This document shows positions 1 through 9,241 of a stretch of 64,000 nt of DNA, piece after piece. How positions within the stretch are numbered: position 1 is the stretch's first letter; every line of letters starts with the position of its first letter. The DNA is from Macrostomum hystrix (taxonomy: Eukaryota; Animalia; Platyhelminthes): positions 12,958,001 to 13,022,000 of the forward strand of contig CATNEN010000038.1 in assembly GCA_950097015.1 (NCBI GenBank). The letters run 5' to 3'. The notes under the pieces were generated by a model. That model saw only the letters and a program-made list of their open reading frames with translations. It ran no database searches and was not told where the DNA came from. The position numbers and the translations under genes are program-made.

Positions 1-144
1 TTTCTGTTGCGGCTGTTTTGTATTGTTGCATAGGATTAGTTAAAAACACATACGAAAGGTCTTCTGCTGCAAGGCTGTGTTGTTACCCAGAATTTTGAGG
101 TCGCTGTATAGGATTAGCCATGTCGCTTATCTTGCTTGCTTGAA

Positions 145-588
145 TCATTCTGCTCTCTCAACCCCCAGCTCTTTCAGCAGTCTTCCCAGTTCTTTACTTG
201 GAGCATGCAATACAAAGCCCACCCCACCAATCCCCAACCCCAACTTTGTCTTACCAAAAATAACAGCTTTAACTAGCTTCCGAGCGATCGATTCCCTCCA
301 CCCGCTTGAAGCCGCCATATTGTCTAGCATTCTGAGCATTTCTTTGTCCCAGCGAGTCTTCTCCTCTGGAAAATCCCTATACTTAATATCATGCCACATA
401 CAGACAGAGTCTAGCTCGTTCACTGGCTCATGCCCAGGATTTGGATTATTGTTTTTATCTAGCTGTATTTCAAGCGGATTCAAAGGCCCGCAATATTTGT
501 AGCCGGGAATTGTCCAGCCTTTGTTTGGATGAGGAAGCTTTTCTACCAGTCCATGTGAGTCTAAGTTTCCACCAAAGCGTTGCATCAT
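145..588 (-). CDS. Parvovirus VP1u-type phospholipase A2 domain protein
   Basis: PGYKYCGP calcium-binding loop and NELDSVCMWHDIKY catalytic HDxxY motif. KLGLG follows the domain. Confidence 0.9.
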   Translation of the reverse strand: MMQRFGGNLDSHGLVEKLPHPNKGWTIPGYKYCGPLNPLEIQLDKNNNPNPGHEPVNELDSVCMWHDIKYRDFPEEKTRWDKEMLRMLDNMAASSGWRESIARKLVKAVIFGKTKLGLGIGGVGFVLHAPSKELGRLLKELGVERAE

Positions 589-614
589 TTTTATAAAAAA
601 TTAAATAAAAAATA

Positions 615-1604
615 ATGACAGATCAGAAACTTCAAAAGCCCTACTACAGCGACAAAGGATTCTTTGTAGGAAAAAATGCAGTCACCAAACTCGCAGAACT
701 AAGCAATGAATCAAAACAAACAGTTGAAAGATGGCTCTCTAAGCAAGCAGTTTACCAAGTCTATTTCCCACCTGTTAAATTTGCAAGACCTCACTTTAAC
801 ATCTATAAACCTAATGAAGCGCACCAAGCAGATCTTCTGTTTCTCCCCAACGACTCAGGCTACAAGTATGCTCTCACAGTTATAGACATTGCCTCCAGAT
901 ATAAGGAAGCGAGACCGCTTAAGACTAAGAAGTCAGAAGCAGTTGCAGCTGCCCTCCAATACATTTACAAAAACTCACCGCTCACATACCCCCAAACCTT
1001 TATGACTGATCCTGGCAAAGAATTCATGGGAGCAGTCAAATCCCTTATGGAAAAGAACAATACGAAAATGCGCTATGGAAGAACTGAGCTCCATAGAGAC
1101 CAGGCTTTTGTTGAAAGATTCAATCTAACTCTAGCAAAGAGACTTTTCACAAAGCAGACAGCTGAAGAGCTGAAACTAAAAAGTGGCCAATACTATACCA
1201 AGTGGACAGAAAGACTCCCCGCAGTAATAAGTCAACTGAACAATGAAGTATCTCGAATGACAAACCTGAAACCAAATACTGCCATCAAACAAGACACAGT
1301 TGAATCAAAACATCCGATCGCCAATTTCAACTATCCAAAGCTCCCTGGCGTTTATTCTCCGGAAATTCTTACTAACTCTGAATTCGTTCGCTTCCTTTAC
1401 TTACCAGGAGAGCTGGAGAAGGACACAAAGAGAAGAGCAACAGACCCATACTTTAGTCTTGATGTACATAAGATAAACAGGCATTTCACATCAGCATCCG
1501 GCGATTACTATTTTCTATCCCAAGACTTTAATTCAAAAGCCCCCACACGATCATTCACAAGGGCTGAGCTTCTAGTGATTCCACATGACACAGAAATAAA
1601 TTAA
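615..1604 (+). CDS. Retroviral-type (rve) DDE integrase of the Polinton
   Basis: HQADLLFL (D), TDPGKEF (D) and AFVERFN (E), plus the YKYALTVIDIASRY segment typical of Polinton integrases. Confidence 0.95.
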   Translation: MTDQKLQKPYYSDKGFFVGKNAVTKLAELSNESKQTVERWLSKQAVYQVYFPPVKFARPHFNIYKPNEAHQADLLFLPNDSGYKYALTVIDIASRYKEARPLKTKKSEAVAAALQYIYKNSPLTYPQTFMTDPGKEFMGAVKSLMEKNNTKMRYGRTELHRDQAFVERFNLTLAKRLFTKQTAEELKLKSGQYYTKWTERLPAVISQLNNEVSRMTNLKPNTAIKQDTVESKHPIANFNYPKLPGVYSPEILTNSEFVRFLYLPGELEKDTKRRATDPYFSLDVHKINRHFTSASGDYYFLSQDFNSKAPTRSFTRAELLVIPHDTEIN

Positions 1605-1621
1605 ATTTTTTTTTAAATAAA

Positions 1622-2050
1622 ATGATTGAAACCAGAACCGTGAATAAAATCAGCAGAATTATCGACTCTAAGAAGCCAGGAGTTGTATCAATTAAAGGTG
1701 TCAAAGTCAAAGTAGATCCAATCCAGCATCTGATCCATTGTAACAATCAAACGCACAATATCACTGATGAGAAGACAGGTGGGATTCTTCCTTTGCTAAC
1801 TCTTATCCCCATCATCGCAGGTGCTCTTGGTGCTGCAGGAGGTGTAGCCGGCGGAGTTGCATCAGCTGTGAAGGCTGGCAATGACAGAGCACATCAACAA
1901 GAGATGGAGAAAATCGCTAGAGAAAAAGGAGTCAGAATCGGGGGTAGTTGTGAATCTGATGAATCAGCTGATGAATCAGTCAGCAAATCAGAAATCGTTA
2001 AAGCCATCATGACACTGCATAAAGCAGGATTTACAATACTCCGGATGTGA
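1622..2050 (+). CDS. Virion core/membrane-active protein with adenovirus pX-like hydrophobic segment
   Basis: KTGG-ILPLLTLIPIIAGALGAAGGVAGGVASAV resembles the GG-cleaved hydrophobic C-terminal segment of adenovirus pX (recognised from memory, not searched). Confidence 0.65.
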   Translation: MIETRTVNKISRIIDSKKPGVVSIKGVKVKVDPIQHLIHCNNQTHNITDEKTGGILPLLTLIPIIAGALGAAGGVAGGVASAVKAGNDRAHQQEMEKIAREKGVRIGGSCESDESADESVSKSEIVKAIMTLHKAGFTILRM

Positions 2051-2174
2051 AAACAGAACAGAACAGAATCTGCTCTCATAACTATATTTAGCACTGTTGG
2101 TAGTAGTATGCCATACTTTACACTTAACTTGAGGGTGACCACCCTAAATTTTTTTTATAAAATTTTCATTAAAA

Positions 2175-5100
2175 ATGCCTAAAGCAAATCCAGAAAAAAA
2201 ATTTGTCGAATCTTTCTTTCAAAATAATTGTCCTCAAGCTCAATCGTTTCAACAAAAAAGTCAAGTCCTGCAAGAGTTTTGCAGGCAGAAATTCAATCAA
2301 GATCCAGGCTACCTCGGGAGCTATGCAATACAGCAAGAAATTATTAATCAGCTTCTGCATTCAGAGCAGTACACACCAGTGAAGAAGCCGGCGACTGAAC
2401 ACCAACAAAAGAGCCGCAGCTTAGTCAATAAGTATGAGACACTCACAGGTCAAAATGTGTCGAAATACCCACAGAATAAGCAAGAGCAAGAAGATCTAGA
2501 ACGTACAATCCACCAGGTTGAAGCAGAGCTACAAGTAGAGCTACAAACTGAAGACCTTAAATTTGCACAGAGAAAATTCACAGAGTATTATATTGAGTAC
2601 ACAATACAGGAAGACACCACAAATTCCCAATCCGACATTTACGACTTCAAAGACAGAATTCAATCAGTAATTGATCACACACTGAAGTCACGTAAGACCT
2701 TCAAGCTTCAGTTATCATTCAAGATAGAATTTTACATGCCTGCAAAACCCACTGAGCGTCTTGAATACTACATGACTACTAAAGCTCTACCCTTTACTCC
2801 CACTGACACACAGGATCCCTTTCTTCAAGAGATCAGTAAAAAGATTGACGCCTTTACTTCCAGAGGATCAGGTTGGGTTGTCAATGGCATTCAAAAAGCT
2901 ACAGTAATGATCATGAAATATGACCCTCTCAAAGCTTCATCATATATTGAGCTCCCGAAAAAGCTAGCGAGTAAAAAAGCTTGCATCAATGTGCAAAATT
3001 GTGACCAATGCTGCGCACTATGGGCCGTTCTGTCTGCAATATTGTATGAGAAAGATCAAGCCCACCCAGAGAGAACTTCTCATTATAAAATGTCTTTTGA
3101 CGCAAAACTTTTAGAATGCCATGCTAAAGGAATTTCCTTCAATAGAGGTGGCTTGGCAATCGATCAAATCCCAAAGCTAGAGGAAGTATTTAACAATAAA
3201 ATCAGAATCACAGTCTTTGAATGGAATGAGAAGAGCGAAAAAGTACAATTAGTCAGAGCCAGTAAAAACACGCTAGATCCTGAAGGTAGGCGTCGCATAG
3301 ATGTCGATCTTCTAATCATAGGTGATTTGCGAGAAAATGCCCACTACGTTTGGATTAAAGATCTTTCCAGGCTCCTCCACAAGCAAATGAACAATCATCA
3401 TGAATCGGTAGCAATCTGTCGTCTTTGTCTGAAGCATTATAGTGGACCCGATCGTGATGAAAAACTTAAAGAGCATGAACTGACCTGTGAAGATCATCCA
3501 ACCAACTGCACACTTCCAACGGATAAGCATCTCAGATTTAAGAGTTATCACAAGATGGAGAAGCTCCCGTTTATAGTATACGCTGACTTTGAATGCACTA
3601 TAAACCCTGAAACCAATAAGCATGTCCCAAATTCTGTTGCATATCTCTTTATTGGAAGAGACTCTTTTATTTGCTCAAACTATTTCTTAGGTGACCAGTG
3701 TGTTGAACAATTCATTTACTCGATGATGGAATTACAGAAAAATGTTGCTGCCATTCAGCCTGTTCCAATAATTATGTCCGATCAAGATGAAATCGACTTC
3801 GGATCTGCAACTCATTGTCACATTTGCCGAAAGCTATTAACACCCTGCGACGTCAAAAACCACACAGTCAGAGACCACGATCACTTCACAGGAAAATTTA
3901 GAGGGGCAGCTCATAACACCTGTAATCTGAAACTTCAGAAAAACATCCGCGACCTTACCATTTTCTTCCATAACGGAAGGGGATATGATTATCACTTATT
4001 GGTTGAGAAGCTGGGTATGATACCAGGCATTAAACTAGATTGCATCGCAGAGAACAAAGAAAAGTTTAAGTGCATTGATATTAAGCGAGATTCAGGCAAG
4101 ATTAAGATCAAAGATTCATTCCAGTTTCTGGCCGCAAGTCTCGATGCTTTGAGTAAAAATCTCACCGATGACCAATGTACTTATACCAAGATGCTGGCAG
4201 ATTCCCTCAATCCTAGAACCCCAGATTCATTTAAGCTTCTTAGAAAGAAAGGTGTCTACCCTTATGAATGTAATCACGTCTTTGCAGAACCACTACCACC
4301 CAAGGACAAGTTCTTTTCAAAGCTAACAAACTCTGGGATTTCTGATGAAGATTATGAGCATGCTCAGACTGTTTACAAACATTTTAACTGTCGAAACTTT
4401 CTTGATTATCACATGCTTTACCTTTGGACTGATGTCTTTCTTCTAGCTGATGTATTTGAAACCTTTAGAAAGACCTGGTACTCTGCTTATGGTCTTGACC
4501 CTGCTCATTATGTGTCTTTGCCTGCTACCAGTTGGGAATCATTGCTTAAAATGAAATGGGATCAAAATCCCAACTGGTACATCGAGCTGCTTACAGACAT
4601 AGACATGTACAACTTTATAGATTCATCTAAGAGAGGTGGCATCTCTATTTGTGTCCATAGGTATGCAAAGGCGAACAATCCGTATCTAGAAGACTATGAT
4701 AAAGAAAAGCCTTCAAACTACATCATTTATCTGGATGCCAACAACCTCTATGGTTGGGCTATGAGCCAAGATTTACCTGTTAGAGATTTTAGGTGGCTAG
4801 ATACTTATAAACTCGACTTTTCAATACCTGCGATCTATGAAGTTGATGTTGAAATCCCTTGGGAACTTCACGACTATTTCTCTGACTTTGCCCCCTTCCC
4901 TGAGAACATTAACTGTCCAAAGATAATCCAGTACAATGATGGAAGCTGGCAGCTATCTGAAAAAGAAAAAGAGCGTGTGAAGAAATTGACACAAAATCTC
5001 ATGAACAAGACACGCTATAAAATCCACTTCAAACTGTTGCGGTATTTTATCTCCCTAGGCTGTAGGGTCACGAAAGTTCACAGAGCTCTCGCATTCACAG

Positions 5101-5981
5101 AAGAAGCGTGGATGAAGCCATACATAGAAAAAAACACCCAGTTTAGAACTAAAGCAACAAACAGCTTTGACAAGGACCTGTTCAAGCTTGCAAACAACTC
5201 TGTCTATGGCAAGACCCTAGAAAACGAACGCAACCGCACGAACCTGAAGCTCGTTACCTGTTATGAGCCTGGTACTATTCAGACAAGTTTATCAAAGCCC
5301 ACTTTCAAAGAGCTTCATATCTTTAATGATTACTTGGGTGCCATACTGTTCTATAAGACTAAAGTTACCCTATGCAAGCCGATATTCACAGGTGTGACTG
5401 TACTCGATGAGTCGAAGCGTCTGATGTATAAATTCTTCTATGACATGAAGCGACAATACGGCGAACAACTGAAACTTCTATATACTGACACAGACTCCCT
5501 AATTCTAAACATACAGACTGAGGATGTCTATCAGGACATGTTGAATCAAAAACATCTGTATGACCTATCCGAATATCCAGAGTCCTTCAAGACTTTGAAA
5601 GGCGATCAAGTACGCGACACTGGAAATCAAAAAGTTGTAGGAAAAATGAAGGATGAAACGGCTGGCACCCTCATTACAGAGTTTATCGGTTTGAGGGCAA
5701 AGTCCTATTTTGTAAAAAGTTGTAAGTCTACCATTAAAAAATCAAAAGGAATCCCAAAACATGCTGTTAAAAACGATCTCCATGAAGCTTCATACAAGGA
5801 CGCATTGATCAATAATAAAAGTACTACTCATGAATTTATGAAACTGCAGTCTAAGAACCACAACATTCACACAATTCAACAGAAGAAGATAGGCCTCTCA
5901 GGTGCCGATAACAAACGACATATCTTTGATGACAACATTAACAGCCTACCATTTGGACACTATAGATTAAATAATTTGTAA
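2175..5981 (+). CDS. Protein-primed family B DNA polymerase with OTU-like N-terminal region and endonuclease VII-like insertion
   Basis: Exo I YADFEC, Exo II FHNGRGYD, RKKGVYPY, motif A YLDANNLYG, motif B KLANNSVYGK and motif C YTDTDS. CHIC...RDHDHFTGKFRGAAHNTCNL is an EndoVII-like insert. Confidence 0.97.
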   Translation: MPKANPEKKFVESFFQNNCPQAQSFQQKSQVLQEFCRQKFNQDPGYLGSYAIQQEIINQLLHSEQYTPVKKPATEHQQKSRSLVNKYETLTGQNVSKYPQNKQEQEDLERTIHQVEAELQVELQTEDLKFAQRKFTEYYIEYTIQEDTTNSQSDIYDFKDRIQSVIDHTLKSRKTFKLQLSFKIEFYMPAKPTERLEYYMTTKALPFTPTDTQDPFLQEISKKIDAFTSRGSGWVVNGIQKATVMIMKYDPLKASSYIELPKKLASKKACINVQNCDQCCALWAVLSAILYEKDQAHPERTSHYKMSFDAKLLECHAKGISFNRGGLAIDQIPKLEEVFNNKIRITVFEWNEKSEKVQLVRASKNTLDPEGRRRIDVDLLIIGDLRENAHYVWIKDLSRLLHKQMNNHHESVAICRLCLKHYSGPDRDEKLKEHELTCEDHPTNCTLPTDKHLRFKSYHKMEKLPFIVYADFECTINPETNKHVPNSVAYLFIGRDSFICSNYFLGDQCVEQFIYSMMELQKNVAAIQPVPIIMSDQDEIDFGSATHCHICRKLLTPCDVKNHTVRDHDHFTGKFRGAAHNTCNLKLQKNIRDLTIFFHNGRGYDYHLLVEKLGMIPGIKLDCIAENKEKFKCIDIKRDSGKIKIKDSFQFLAASLDALSKNLTDDQCTYTKMLADSLNPRTPDSFKLLRKKGVYPYECNHVFAEPLPPKDKFFSKLTNSGISDEDYEHAQTVYKHFNCRNFLDYHMLYLWTDVFLLADVFETFRKTWYSAYGLDPAHYVSLPATSWESLLKMKWDQNPNWYIELLTDIDMYNFIDSSKRGGISICVHRYAKANNPYLEDYDKEKPSNYIIYLDANNLYGWAMSQDLPVRDFRWLDTYKLDFSIPAIYEVDVEIPWELHDYFSDFAPFPENINCPKIIQYNDGSWQLSEKEKERVKKLTQNLMNKTRYKIHFKLLRYFISLGCRVTKVHRALAFTEEAWMKPYIEKNTQFRTKATNSFDKDLFKLANNSVYGKTLENERNRTNLKLVTCYEPGTIQTSLSKPTFKELHIFNDYLGAILFYKTKVTLCKPIFTGVTVLDESKRLMYKFFYDMKRQYGEQLKLLYTDTDSLILNIQTEDVYQDMLNQKHLYDLSEYPESFKTLKGDQVRDTGNQKVVGKMKDETAGTLITEFIGLRAKSYFVKSCKSTIKKSKGIPKHAVKNDLHEASYKDALINNKSTTHEFMKLQSKNHNIHTIQQKKIGLSGADNKRHIFDDNINSLPFGHYRLNNL

Positions 5982-5999
5982 CAAAATTTGTAAAAAAAA

Positions 6000-6410
6000 A
6001 TGACAACCAATATTTATTTAGAAGAGCTAGCTCAGCAATTAAAAATCCCAAACTTCAGAGGCGTCTTTATGAAGGATACACTGCCAGAATCCCCACTAGA
6101 AAAAGAATGTGGAATCATGAACTTTGACCCTGCAGAAAAGCCAGGTTCTCATTGGGTTTGTTGGGTAATTGATCCCAACCGTAAACACAAGTACTATTAC
6201 TTTGATAGCTATGGTACGGCCGTGCCTGAAGTGCTGAGAAATTATATGACTCATATGAGACATAAAATGAGACATAAAATATACCGCTCAGATTTTATAC
6301 TCCAGGGTATTAACAGTGATGTTTGTGGCGAGCTATGTATGACCGTTTTGTATGCAATGACCCACACCCGAAAAAGTTACAAAGAAATCATTTTAGGGCT
6401 GAAAAAATAA
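6000..6410 (+). CDS. Adenain-like cysteine maturation protease
   Basis: His-Asp-Cys triad with oxyanion Gln: GSHWVC, YFDSYG, QGINSDVCG. Confidence 0.93.
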   Translation: MTTNIYLEELAQQLKIPNFRGVFMKDTLPESPLEKECGIMNFDPAEKPGSHWVCWVIDPNRKHKYYYFDSYGTAVPEVLRNYMTHMRHKMRHKIYRSDFILQGINSDVCGELCMTVLYAMTHTRKSYKEIILGLKK

Positions 6411-6435
6411 TTTTTTTAGGTCCCGTTAGGTCCTG

Positions 6436-7059
6436 TTAGGTCTTGTTCATTTTCGCTACTTTCGCGACATGCTGTTTGAACACATTCTCCAGATCATTTC
6501 TTAGCTGGCTCATTTCATCAATGGTATTTAGATTAAGCCTAACTCGTTGCTCATAGAGGTCTTGAATGTTTTTAAACTCATCCTCTGAAATGAACTTGTC
6601 TTCAATCGCCTTTGAGATGTACCCGATGATAGAGCTTTGTACTGATTTCTCATTTGTTTGCTTCGCATGTAGATGCTTTAGCTTTTGTCGTCTGTTCCGT
6701 GATAGTACCCCTGTAACTGCTGAAATCAGACCACATGCGGCACCAGCAGCTCCGAGTGGAATGGCGATTGGCGCAGTGATTACTGGAATTGTTGAAACAG
6801 CAGCTGCTGATCCCGATAGAACAGATGCAGATCCAAGAAACATATTAAGGTAATCGATGACCTTGCACTCTCTATTATAGCGCTTCAGTTTCTTGGTATT
6901 ATGATCAATTTGCCGTTTAATATCATCTCGCATCTTTTGAATCTCCACCAATCTGAATTGCTGCGAGTTACAAGTGAAAGTTGGGTAAAGGGGTTGTTGT
7001 GGGCTTGGGTTGTTTGGAGGCGCACTAGGTTCATATAGTGAGTTTATTTTTTCAGACAT
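6436..7059 (-). CDS. Helical protein with central Gly/Ala-rich hydrophobic hairpin (Polinton accessory, possibly membrane-active)
   Basis: FRLVEI N-terminal motif, a hydrophobic stretch of about 45 aa and a C-terminal ISKAIEDKFISEDEF motif. The start context is TAAATG. Confidence 0.7.
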   Translation of the reverse strand: MSEKINSLYEPSAPPNNPSPQQPLYPTFTCNSQQFRLVEIQKMRDDIKRQIDHNTKKLKRYNRECKVIDYLNMFLGSASVLSGSAAAVSTIPVITAPIAIPLGAAGAACGLISAVTGVLSRNRRQKLKHLHAKQTNEKSVQSSIIGYISKAIEDKFISEDEFKNIQDLYEQRVRLNLNTIDEMSQLRNDLENVFKQHVAKVAKMNKT

Positions 7060-7091
7060 TTATTGAACGAAAAAAAAATTATATAAATTTT

Positions 7092-7820
7092 TTATGACCT
7101 TTCTCGCAAATCTGTTGCACGCCTTGCCGCCTCCCTTGGTACCTCTTCTGATGGTCCATCAGATACTCTTGCTTCTTCAATGTCAATGTCTGGCAGATTG
7201 TGCAGTCTCTCTAGTCGGCCGAGTCTTCTTTTCGTTTTCCCCCAGTCGTTGTATATCCTATTCAAATACTCAGTGTGTCTTGTTACGTTTAGCCCCATGG
7301 GTCTTAGTGTTTCCTTTGTTTCATTTGCTAGTCTCTGAAGAGTTGTTATATCTGACTCTGCTGCTGTGAGTCGCGAACTCAATCTATCATGCACAGTGCT
7401 TGATCTTAGCATAAAGGCTTCTAAATTTCGAACTTTATTTGAATTTTCTGCTACTCTTTCTTCCACCAAGTTTGCTCGATTATTAATGGCAGTTCTCAGA
7501 GTGGCGATGTCTGATCTTAGAGTGGCGATGTCTGATCTCAGAGTGGGTATCGCTGCAACAAGAGTATCCCGATCATGAACAAACTGTACATATAGTATGT
7601 CAATCTCTTCCTTCCGTTTTGCTACGCTCAACCGCAGGTCTTCCATGTTTATTTGTTGTTGGTGTGTTGCCCGCTCTAGGGCTTTCAAGCGATCTTTATT
7701 GAGTTTGATTTCTGGAATTTTTTCGTCAACATTTATATAACGCCTGTCAAGGTAAGAAACTTGAGCACTAGTGAGTGTGCTTCCGCGATCCAACGATTCA
7801 CCTGCAAAATTAATAGACAT
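7092..7820 (-). CDS. Coiled-coil protein (fibre/spike-like candidate)
   Basis: Heptad pattern including a 21-bp tandem repeat (SDIATLR). The start is reassigned to the ATG at 7820 (MSINFAG), which has the element's TAAAAAAATG context and does not overlap the ATPase. Confidence 0.65.
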   Translation of the reverse strand: MSINFAGESLDRGSTLTSAQVSYLDRRYINVDEKIPEIKLNKDRLKALERATHQQQINMEDLRLSVAKRKEEIDILYVQFVHDRDTLVAAIPTLRSDIATLRSDIATLRTAINNRANLVEERVAENSNKVRNLEAFMLRSSTVHDRLSSRLTAAESDITTLQRLANETKETLRPMGLNVTRHTEYLNRIYNDWGKTKRRLGRLERLHNLPDIDIEEARVSDGPSEEVPREAARRATDLRERS

Positions 7821-7837
7821 TTTTTTAATAACAAAAT

Positions 7838-8638
7838 TTAAATTACAGTTCTTTTTTCTTTGTTGATCATCACAAACTGGTAAGGTTGATTCCACTTTTC
7901 ATAGCAAAGATTAACGAATTCCTCCTGTGAAATCTTTCTGTTGGAGTTTTTTGTTGGATTTACAAAATGGGCAGGCGCAATGACCTCATTGTAAAATCTT
8001 TTTAGCCTGTCCTGTGGAATTGTTGGAAACAGGAGGATCAGATTGCAGTTCCCACGAATTGTTTTGTTCGGGAGCTCGAACCAATTCTGGGCAATGTAAA
8101 TTACGTTACAATTGTTGTGCCGTCCTCTTGTAAAATAGTTTTCTATCTGCTTCTGTGGGCCTGTCATACAATCATCAAAGACAATCAAATGTTTTCTCCC
8201 CTTTTCTAGCTCATCTGGTTGGGGTAGAAGTTTGGTCTTAGGATCAACCTGCGGATCTCCGTATGTGAACACTTTAATGTTCTGCCATTTTTCATTGTCT
8301 TTGATGTACTTTGCATATTCGGCAGCTACAATTTCTGGGTTACTGGGAAGGCTCTTTTGGTTATTAAAACATTGAATAATGTCCTCTTTGGTCAGTTTGT
8401 TTTGCAGTCCAGAGATCAACATTTTATACTCATCTTGATACAGGGTGGGAGAGTAGATGTGCAGAGTGTCATAATCGATAAAGCCAGGTCTAAGAAGCAT
8501 GTTAAAGACTCTGAATGTTTTGCCTGAACCTGATGAACCAACAACAATGCATCTGAAGTGACCCGGGATTGACTCATGATGAGAAAACTTAATCTGATTA
8601 CGTGTCCAGTGAGGATTGAAGTCGTTTGAAAAGTCCAT
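7838..8638 (-). CDS. A32/FtsK-like genome packaging ATPase
   Basis: Walker A GSSGSGKT, Walker B LIVFDD and the RGRHNNCNVIYIAQ A32 signature. Confidence 0.95.
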   Translation of the reverse strand: MDFSNDFNPHWTRNQIKFSHHESIPGHFRCIVVGSSGSGKTFRVFNMLLRPGFIDYDTLHIYSPTLYQDEYKMLISGLQNKLTKEDIIQCFNNQKSLPSNPEIVAAEYAKYIKDNEKWQNIKVFTYGDPQVDPKTKLLPQPDELEKGRKHLIVFDDCMTGPQKQIENYFTRGRHNNCNVIYIAQNWFELPNKTIRGNCNLILLFPTIPQDRLKRFYNEVIAPAHFVNPTKNSNRKISQEEFVNLCYEKWNQPYQFVMINKEKRTVI

Positions 8639-8682
8639 TTTTCTATGATGAAAAAAAAATTAAAAAAGAGTAAATCATTTAT

Positions 8683-8820
8683 AAGATGTGTCTAGGACTT
8701 AGATGTGTCTAGGACTTAGATGTGTCTATTTGGGACTTAGATGTGTCTATTTGGGACTTAGATGTGTCTATTTGGGACTAGTCTTGTACCCTTACATGTC
8801 TTGTACCCTCGAAAAGCACC
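8683..8820. repeat. Internal non-coding tandem repeats of the Polinton
   Basis: AGATGTGTCTAGGACTT x2, AGATGTGTCTATTTGGGACT(T) x3, then GTCTTGTACCCT x2. Confidence 0.9.
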
Positions 8821-8822
8821 CT

Positions 8823-9224
8823 TTAGTCAAATTTGAAACCACTTCCTTTTTTAATGCTAGCTATGCTAGCTCTCATCTTCTCGTAGATTGCAGGGTCCAC
8901 ACTGTCTGGATTCGGGGCCAGCGGAGCCAGCGGAGCCAGCGGAGCCAATGGTGGCTGAATATCTTGTGTTACAGTATCCTTTATCTTTTTAGCCGCAGTG
9001 ACAACGCTTCCCACAGATTCAGCCACGTTCTTAATATTATCTTTGTTCTCACTAATGACTTTAAAGACCCGAGCACCCTGTGCAATTATATCAGCAAGAC
9101 CATTCCCGGAGCGTTCTTTCCTCGGATAGTGGCCTGCCGGGAAAAGTCCGGATCCACGCTTAATTAGATTAAGTTCCTCCTTGTCATAGTATTTGTCCAC
9201 GTCTTTTTCGAAAATAATCGGCAT
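8823..9224 (-). CDS. Small putative core protein with repeated GxG motifs
   Basis: KRGSGL, RSGNGL and KKGSGF motifs, a PLAPLAPLAPLAP repeat and a TAAAAATG start. Confidence 0.65.
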   Translation of the reverse strand: MPIIFEKDVDKYYDKEELNLIKRGSGLFPAGHYPRKERSGNGLADIIAQGARVFKVISENKDNIKNVAESVGSVVTAAKKIKDTVTQDIQPPLAPLAPLAPLAPNPDSVDPAIYEKMRASIASIKKGSGFKFD

Positions 9225-9241
9225 TTTTATTAGGGAAGAAA

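Noticed and set aside
8703-9167. Plus-strand 154-aa ORF in the Polinton
   Set aside because: It is built from the 21-bp repeat and the antisense of the core-protein gene, and lacks the A-run start motif.
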